From: a virus
Taxonomy: Duplodnaviria > Caudoviricetes
Direction: 5' to 3' (one strand)
Length of the DNA stretch: 64,000 nt
IMG/VR virus record: IMGVR_UViG_3300021400_000049
Location: 10,462 to 74,461 of that record
The position numbers were made by a program, and so were the translations under genes. The notes under the pieces are model-generated. The model searched no databases and was not told where the DNA came from. It saw nothing but the letters and a program-made list of their open reading frames with translations. Below, piece after piece: positions 57,344 to 64,000 of this stretch (positions within the stretch are counted from its first letter, which is position 1; every line of letters starts with the position of its first letter).

Positions 57344-60309
57344 TTATGCTGAATGTCGATAATAAAGTAAAAACTGAATTTTTAAGGGATTCCTCTGCTA
57401 AGGAATTGATAGTTGAGTCAGGAATTCCGTCTGAAGGAAGAAACTTTTTTAGTGGTATTTCTGGCTATGGAGTTGGTTTGACGATTGACCCTCCATTATA
57501 TGGCCATGTAATCACACTACTTGATAAGGATGGAAATCAAACAGCAAACTTTTCGGATTGTGCAGATATGGAAAACATGAGAAACTTTGATTATGTTTGT
57601 GTACAGTTCATTGCGCATCTAACTGGATTTAGCGGTGATGAAAGTGAGGTAACATTTTCCTTTTCTCTACCAGTTGAAGGCCAAGGTTATAACATAAGTA
57701 CAAAGCAAACTGTTAGCATTTCAGAACTGACTTCCTCATATGTTCAGATAACTTTACCAATTTCAACATCAGGATTAGGATATAGCTCCACTGATTTAGA
57801 TTTATCTAAGAGTAATAGCTCAAATACTTTTAGTGGCACATTAAGTTTATCTAGTATTATGTTGTCATTCTCTAATGACATATCGGTATTTCCTAATACA
57901 TATGTACCATACTATGAAGATACTAATGAATACTTTAAGGTTACAAACGATAATCTTGTTTCTGAATCATTCTCACTTAATGAGAGCCTTTGTTCTGAGC
58001 AAAATATTAAATTCGGTCTTTGTGAAGCCGCTTATTGTCAATTTACGGTAGCAGATAATGAGAAGGATTTTAAGGACAGAATCATTAAACCTTCAATAAA
58101 ACTAAAAGACAGTACATTAGAAAAAGCATTTTTACCTCAAGTCAATTTCTATAAAGAATCTTACCCAGTACCTTCTTTAGGAAGTGAATATTGGCAATAT
58201 TATTGGAACAACTTAAATCTAAATACTTACTTTGCACTGGCTTGGCAAAATAAGACATTACTTATGACAAACGATTATTATAGCCAATTTAAGTTTGTAT
58301 GCGTAACCGTCAAATGTAAAGTTGAAATAACTAATCCCGCTGAACCGGTTAGTGCCTTTTTATTTTATCCACAGATTTGGGTAAATAGAAAAGATGGCAC
58401 AAGACGAGATGTAGGTCGTGTCTGGTATGATGATATGGAATATTCAAAGTCAGAAAATTGTGTGGTATCAATAGGTGAATTATCTGACTGGCACGAAGTA
58501 AGATTCTACATACCAATAAATTTCGGTGACTATTACAGTAAAAGATACCCTACATATGCAGACACTACAACTCTTGATAATTTCCAAGATACAGGATTTG
58601 CTATGAGACCTCTGAATACAGATGGAGATATATTTAGAAGTCCTGTTCATGTTGACCGTGTTGACCTCTATGTAAAGCAGTGGCAGATAAATTTAGTACA
58701 GTCAAAGTATGATTCTATTCCAGAATATGACCCCGCTGATTGTGTAGAGTACAACGGCTCAACAATAGAAGATTATTTGAATTGTATAAATACACCTATT
58801 CCACTCGGTGTATTCAAGGTGAATAGTGTAAAGAAACATCATACTTGGGATATGATAAAACAAGAAATAACTGCATATGACAACCTTACTGTTTTAGAAC
58901 AAAATGCCGCAGACTGGTATACTCAGTATATGTTCGGAATAAGTTTTGATGATTATACAAGCTCATATGGATTTCAATTTGCCAGACAGATGTTTAGTAC
59001 GTTCTATAACTATTTATACTCATTAAAAGCATTTGATGGCTATAAGTCAGTCGGTGAATATGCGTTTGCTATATTGTGGGAAGAATCATTAACTCCAGGT
59101 ACAGATAGGTCAGGTACTCCAAAAGTATTGTGGGCACTTAATAATACAACAGACTATCCTCGTCACACAGATTGTAATATTAATTACATCAGTCATACCG
59201 TAACTAATCCTGACATCTCAAAACTATATTTTATACACATTGATTACCCGGACTATCCTAATATAGATAATATAAAATCTGTATTTGAATATCCTCAGTA
59301 TGAGGAATTTGGATATTCTAATTTTGACCCTTTATATAGAGGTTTATATAAAGGAAATGTCTTAGTTGAGCAAACACTATCAAATGGTAGTACAAACAAT
59401 GTGTGTGTGGATAGTGAGGATTATTTTATGTTGGATCCTGATTGCATACAAGTTACTGTTCATGTTGCAGTGTGCATACAAGGATATATTCAAGGTGTAT
59501 ATGACCCCAATTATGTATGGCATGCCTACACATATGTTAATTCAGTATATCTCGGAGCTACTAATGCAAGTCTAGTGCCTGATTTACCAAATGGCGCTAT
59601 GCGATTAGTTTACTATAACTACGGTAATCAAGATATTTTCGCTTGCGATTCCTCTATAACAGGTAGAGATGTGGTACGTTCATTGCTTGAAATAAACGGC
59701 TGTTTCTTTAGGCTTAACCGTTCTACTGGTAAACCTGAGTTTGTTTATTGTACTAAATCTGGACTTTATCCTAGAAATGATTTATACCCTGCCGATGATT
59801 TATATCCAAGAGAAGGTACTAATCATACTATTACTATGGGACAGTATCAGTCATTTGAACAGGAAGATTATACCGTTCAAAAGTATGGTAAGATTCAGAT
59901 AAGAAAAAATATCACATCTAATGAAACTAAGAGTATTGTTGAGTGGGAATATACAGGTGATGATTCTTATGACAATGTTTATGCCATAGATGATAATATA
60001 TTTTATTGTAATGAAGATATGGAATATGACTATGATAATATGCCGGAAGTATCTAAAATGCTTGCTAATATGTGGGGCAGAATAAGTAACATGGATTATA
60101 CCCCATGTACTCTTGTGTGTAAAGGTATGCCTTGGATAGAATGTGGAGATAGGATTGGCGTGCTGACAAAAACAGGTGGTGCTGAATCATTTATATTCCA
60201 TCGTACATTGACTGGTATACAAGCTCTTAAAGATACTTATGAATCTGAGGGCGATGAATATACAGAAGCAATCAATGATTATGGCTATAAAGAATGGGAG
60301 GGTAACTAA
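57343..60309 (+). CDS. Baseplate hub/Tal-like protein with inserted beta-rich domains
   Basis: ESLCS...FG.C; LGVFKV; ITAYD; GMPWIECGD; LYP..DLYP repeat. Confidence 0.65.
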   Translation: MMLNVDNKVKTEFLRDSSAKELIVESGIPSEGRNFFSGISGYGVGLTIDPPLYGHVITLLDKDGNQTANFSDCADMENMRNFDYVCVQFIAHLTGFSGDESEVTFSFSLPVEGQGYNISTKQTVSISELTSSYVQITLPISTSGLGYSSTDLDLSKSNSSNTFSGTLSLSSIMLSFSNDISVFPNTYVPYYEDTNEYFKVTNDNLVSESFSLNESLCSEQNIKFGLCEAAYCQFTVADNEKDFKDRIIKPSIKLKDSTLEKAFLPQVNFYKESYPVPSLGSEYWQYYWNNLNLNTYFALAWQNKTLLMTNDYYSQFKFVCVTVKCKVEITNPAEPVSAFLFYPQIWVNRKDGTRRDVGRVWYDDMEYSKSENCVVSIGELSDWHEVRFYIPINFGDYYSKRYPTYADTTTLDNFQDTGFAMRPLNTDGDIFRSPVHVDRVDLYVKQWQINLVQSKYDSIPEYDPADCVEYNGSTIEDYLNCINTPIPLGVFKVNSVKKHHTWDMIKQEITAYDNLTVLEQNAADWYTQYMFGISFDDYTSSYGFQFARQMFSTFYNYLYSLKAFDGYKSVGEYAFAILWEESLTPGTDRSGTPKVLWALNNTTDYPRHTDCNINYISHTVTNPDISKLYFIHIDYPDYPNIDNIKSVFEYPQYEEFGYSNFDPLYRGLYKGNVLVEQTLSNGSTNNVCVDSEDYFMLDPDCIQVTVHVAVCIQGYIQGVYDPNYVWHAYTYVNSVYLGATNASLVPDLPNGAMRLVYYNYGNQDIFACDSSITGRDVVRSLLEINGCFFRLNRSTGKPEFVYCTKSGLYPRNDLYPADDLYPREGTNHTITMGQYQSFEQEDYTVQKYGKIQIRKNITSNETKSIVEWEYTGDDSYDNVYAIDDNIFYCNEDMEYDYDNMPEVSKMLANMWGRISNMDYTPCTLVCKGMPWIECGDRIGVLTKTGGAESFIFHRTLTGIQALKDTYESEGDEYTEAINDYGYKEWEGN

Positions 60310-61043
60310 TGGATAAAGCGTATTCCAGAATAAATTGGCAAAATGAACCGTCAATAGCTACTCCTATAAATGACGTGAACCTCAATAGGATGGATAATGC
60401 TCTTAATGTCATTGATAACAGAGTGGTAAACCTTGATACAACAAAAGCCAATGAAAGTGATATGCTTACTGCTTTCAACAGTATTACATACAATACATCA
60501 ACTGGTGTATTTGTGTTCACCAGAAAGAATGGCACTTCTCTTACAGTAGACCTCAATATTGAGAAGATACCTGTATCTTTCAGTATGGATGCTAATGGCG
60601 TCATTATAATGACAACAGATGATGGCTCTCAATATACGGCAGATGTAGGAGCATTAATAAAGACATATACTTTTGTTGATTCCTCTACAATCGACTTTAC
60701 TATTACAGTAGATAGTGATGGTAATAAAACAATAACTGCCGAAGTTATTGATGGTTCAATTACTACAGAAAAACTTCAACCCAACTTTCTAGCAGATTGT
60801 CAAGAAGCACAAGCCGAAGCAGAAGCGGCTCAAACTGCCGCAGAAACAGCACAGTCAGCGGCAGAAGATAGTGCCACAGATGCAGAAGCATGGGCAGTAG
60901 GACAGAGAAATGGAGCAGATGTGCCATCTACAGATGAAACATATGAAAATAATGCAAAATTCTACGCTGAACAGGCTGCAAGTTATGTTGGAGCATTAGC
61001 TATTACAGACGAGCAGTGGGCGCAAATTGAAGCTATAATTTAG
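60309..61043 (+). CDS. Baseplate/tail fibre-associated protein
   Basis: INWQNEPSIATPIN..NLNRMD; Ala-rich coiled coil; AEAWAVG. Confidence 0.55.
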   Translation: MDKAYSRINWQNEPSIATPINDVNLNRMDNALNVIDNRVVNLDTTKANESDMLTAFNSITYNTSTGVFVFTRKNGTSLTVDLNIEKIPVSFSMDANGVIIMTTDDGSQYTADVGALIKTYTFVDSSTIDFTITVDSDGNKTITAEVIDGSITTEKLQPNFLADCQEAQAEAEAAQTAAETAQSAAEDSATDAEAWAVGQRNGADVPSTDETYENNAKFYAEQAASYVGALAITDEQWAQIEAII

Positions 61044-61068
61044 TAGGTAAATATGTTATATTAAGATT

Positions 61069-61305
61069 ATGAAGGAGGTACTTATCATGGTACGTTGTGC
61101 GGGCTATACACTAAATGATTCAGATATGACCGCTAAAGTCGAGCTTGAAGCAGATACAAAAGCAGAAATGACAGGTCTATCAACAGACGATATTGTAGGG
61201 TATCCTGATGGGTACAAAATGGATTTTATGAGTTCTGTGTTTACTACTTCTGGAGAGATGGCATTCTTGAAGTCAGATGGTGAGACATGGAATTGGGGTG
61301 AATAA
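61069..61305 (+). CDS. Small hypothetical virion-module protein
   Basis: ORF with RBS. Confidence 0.5.
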   Translation: MKEVLIMVRCAGYTLNDSDMTAKVELEADTKAEMTGLSTDDIVGYPDGYKMDFMSSVFTTSGEMAFLKSDGETWNWGE

Positions 61306-61318
61306 GGAGGGCAAGTAA

Positions 61319-62638
61319 ATGGCTAGTGAGAGTCAGTTAATAATGCAGGCTGTCAAGAAAGCCCTTGCGGCCTCAAAAACTTATACAAATGAGGTAGTTA
61401 TAGGTGGCGGAGCTATCAAAGGTAAAAACTGTGTTATCAGCTCCATAGATGCTATTGCAGGAGGACATAGGGTAAATTTTACATGGACTCTTGATAGTGG
61501 TACAGTGCAGACAGGATATATAGATGTACTTGATGGTGAAAATGGTGATGCAGGATTAGGCATTAAATCTAGTGAAATAGATGCTAACAATCACCTCATT
61601 ATCACATATGATAATGATGTCACAGAAGATGCAGGAGAAGTTCAGACTGTACAAGGTGAAGATGGAAAGTCTGCATATGAGGTAGCTGTAGAGCAAGGAT
61701 ATGTAGGCACAGAAGAAGAGTGGCTTGCATCATTAAAGGGTGATGATGGTGAGGGAGTCCCTACAGGTGGAACTACAGGTCAGTTTCTTGTAAAGAAATC
61801 TAGTGCTGATTATGACACGGAGTGGGGCACACCTACAGGTGGTGGTGATATGCTCAAGTCTGTATATGATACAGATAATGATGGCAAGGTAGATTCCGCT
61901 GAAAACGCAGATACAGTAGATGGTCATACTGTTGCCAAAAACGTTCCTGCTGATGCAATATTTACCGATACTGTCTATGACGATACAGAAATTCGTGGTG
62001 AGATTGATGATAAGGTTGATAAGGTAAGTGGCAAAGGACTTTCTACAGAAGATTACACTTCCGAAGAAAAAACTAAACTTGCAGGTGTTGATGAAGGTGC
62101 GGAAGTAAATATTATAGAAAGCATAACCTTAAATGGCACGGAAGTTACTCCCGATGCAAATAAGAATGTTGCGCTTACTGTTATCACAAAGGCTGTCAAT
62201 GACCTTGTAAACTACTATCTCAAGTCTGAAACATACTCAAAGACAGAAGTTGATGAGATTGTAACAGCCATCAAGAATAGTCGTTTTGAGGTTGTGGCTA
62301 CACTTCCAACAACTGACATCAAAACTAATGTCATTTATCTTGTGCCAAAGTCACCGTCACAGACAAGTAATGTCAAGGATGAGTATATCAACCTTAATGG
62401 TACAACCGCAGGATGGGAAAAGATTGGTGATACTGAGATTGATTTGAGTAATTATGTGACTATTACTGCTCTCAATACTGCCCTTTCAGATTACACTACA
62501 ACCACAGACTTGATGGCACTACTTGCAGATAAGCAAAACACACTTACTGCTGGAAATAATATCGACATAACAAACGATACAATAAAGGCAGTAATCATTA
62601 CAGATACACAATGGGCAACAATAGACTCAGAATTATAA
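61319..62638 (+). CDS. Collagen-like tail fibre/spike protein
   Basis: GxY runs; GKSAYEVAV..GYVGTEEEWLASLKG; GGGDMLKSVYD. Confidence 0.7.
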   Translation: MASESQLIMQAVKKALAASKTYTNEVVIGGGAIKGKNCVISSIDAIAGGHRVNFTWTLDSGTVQTGYIDVLDGENGDAGLGIKSSEIDANNHLIITYDNDVTEDAGEVQTVQGEDGKSAYEVAVEQGYVGTEEEWLASLKGDDGEGVPTGGTTGQFLVKKSSADYDTEWGTPTGGGDMLKSVYDTDNDGKVDSAENADTVDGHTVAKNVPADAIFTDTVYDDTEIRGEIDDKVDKVSGKGLSTEDYTSEEKTKLAGVDEGAEVNIIESITLNGTEVTPDANKNVALTVITKAVNDLVNYYLKSETYSKTEVDEIVTAIKNSRFEVVATLPTTDIKTNVIYLVPKSPSQTSNVKDEYINLNGTTAGWEKIGDTEIDLSNYVTITALNTALSDYTTTTDLMALLADKQNTLTAGNNIDITNDTIKAVIITDTQWATIDSEL

Positions 62639-62653
62639 AGGAGGGACAAAATA

Positions 62654-64000
62654 ATGGCAGATAAGACGATGGTCGACTATACCCGAAAGATTAAGCCATA
62701 TTTTGAGGGTGTAGCACCAATAGAGCCTACAACAACTGCTACATCAGCTCATGCAGTAGGGCATGTATTTTATCTTAATGGTACTAAAGTAAAATGTACT
62801 GTACCAATATCTGTAGAAGATACAATAGCTATTGGCACAAATGTTGTAGAGGCAGATGATGTTGAGTCTGAAATTCAGACTTTAACGAACCAAATTGAAG
62901 ATGTCTATGAAGTAATGGGACAGAATGGGGCAAAGAATAAAATTCCCATGGATTTAGCCAAAATCAAAGCTCTAAACACATTAGGGACTTGGTCTGGAAA
63001 TACATACACAAGGAATAATGTAAATTTTACAGTAAATGATGATTTTACTGTGGACGTAGACACTAATGGTGGTGCATCAACAAATAATGCAGAGTTTCAG
63101 ATTTGTGATGCATTTTCGCTTCCTATTGATAATTGGATTTTGTCCAGTGGTAATGATATGCCCACAAATATTTATTGGTCAGCCCAGACAACACGAGGCT
63201 GGCAAGACATAACCAATGGAAATAACGAAAAAGCATTTTCGATTGCAAGCGGAGAGTCTGTACTTAAAGTCAGATTATATGTTGCATCAGGACAGACAGT
63301 AGACCATCTTGTATTAATACCAATGATACGCAACGCATCAGACACCGACCCAACATATCAGCCATACGCCAAGAGTAATCAGCAACTCACACAGGACACC
63401 ACAGCACTTCTTGATAATACGGAAGTAAATGGCGCTGTGAATATGTTGCCGAATAATGCTACACCTCAGGTTAAATATGGAGTAACCTTTACTGTTAATG
63501 ACAATGGAACAATAACAGCTAATGGTACAGCTGAAAATAATACCAGCATTTTCGCAACAGTTACATTGCCTGCAGGTAATTATATTCTTTCTGGTTGTCC
63601 TAGTGGCGGTTCTGGTAATAAATATCGTATTGCTATAAATAACAGTGACACATCAACAAATCTTGGATTTGATTATGGTAGTGGCTTTGAATTTACACTT
63701 AATGAAGAAACAAATTTGATAGTGTATTTTGACATAAGAAATGGTTACATAGCCAATAAGCTCACATTCAAGCCCATGATTACAGTACCATCCTACAATG
63801 GTCCTTATGTACCTTATGCCAAGAGTAATAAGGAATTGACAGAGGAATTGAGCGAAGATTCGGCAAATGTAACAGAAAATGGTATTACTGCCTCCTTTAG
63901 AAAATGGGGAAAAATTTGTACAGTATCATTCACAGGTGCTTTTAATGCCGATTTTGCTTATGATGTACCATTTTTAAATATTCCAAGCGGTTTTGCACCT
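62654..64000 (+). CDS. Receptor-binding/tail fibre protein, 3'-truncated (not in ORF track)
   Basis: GAGGGA RBS, ATG at 62654, frame open to the window end; two beta-sandwich modules each ending PM I...PYAKSN.(Q/E)LT. Confidence 0.7.
   Translation, partial: MADKTMVDYTRKIKPYFEGVAPIEPTTTATSAHAVGHVFYLNGTKVKCTVPISVEDTIAIGTNVVEADDVESEIQTLTNQIEDVYEVMGQNGAKNKIPMDLAKIKALNTLGTWSGNTYTRNNVNFTVNDDFTVDVDTNGGASTNNAEFQICDAFSLPIDNWILSSGNDMPTNIYWSAQTTRGWQDITNGNNEKAFSIASGESVLKVRLYVASGQTVDHLVLIPMIRNASDTDPTYQPYAKSNQQLTQDTTALLDNTEVNGAVNMLPNNATPQVKYGVTFTVNDNGTITANGTAENNTSIFATVTLPAGNYILSGCPSGGSGNKYRIAINNSDTSTNLGFDYGSGFEFTLNEETNLIVYFDIRNGYIANKLTFKPMITVPSYNGPYVPYAKSNKELTEELSEDSANVTENGITASFRKWGKICTVSFTGAFNADFAYDVPFLNIPSGFAP

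Noticed and set aside
39-61927. Minus-strand ORFs of the six-frame track
   Set aside because: Nearly all overlap well-supported + strand genes, lack RBSs and recognisable motifs, and look like antisense shadows.
52015-64000. Diversity-generating retroelement
   Set aside because: No reverse transcriptase and no template/variable repeat pair within the window; cannot be excluded beyond the edge.
1-64000. Lifestyle call (temperate versus lytic)
   Set aside because: No integrase, clear CI/Cro switch or lysis cassette is visible, and the genome is incomplete in this window.

Overview
64 kb of a low-GC, long-tailed dsDNA phage (siphovirus-like Caudoviricetes). Strong AAGGAG ribosome-binding sites (RBS) and sigma70/sigmaA-type promoters suggest a Bacillota (probably Clostridia) host. 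Essentially all genes are on the + strand. Layout: (1) 1-30.4 kb replication/recombination: initiator with internal origin, DnaC-like loader, DnaB, DnaG, gp32-like SSB, fragmented family A polymerase, beta clamp, three clamp-loader subunits, Cas4-like nuclease, RecU, RecA, several homing endonucleases and six glycosyltransferase-fold genes. (2) 30.4-40.2 kb short early genes driven by 11 copies of a promoter/hairpin cassette. (3) 39-42 kb largely non-coding control zone with several phased repeat arrays around a 1,043-bp operon that has no CC dinucleotide at all on the + strand. (4) 42-64 kb terminase, portal, head, tail, baseplate and fibre genes, the last truncated. No integrase, lysin/holin, RT or CRISPR array is visible. 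Most notable: the CC/GG-purged operon; a 7-nt stop-containing insert in the catalytic motif A of polA that needs recoding or editing unless it is an assembly error; polA split at a dead intein-like domain; the glycosyltransferase set lacking any visible base-hydroxylating enzyme; the palindromic promoter cassettes; a tRNA-like RNA with an oversized anticodon arm; and a kissing-loop leader. All protein calls are from motif recognition by eye; no database search was run.
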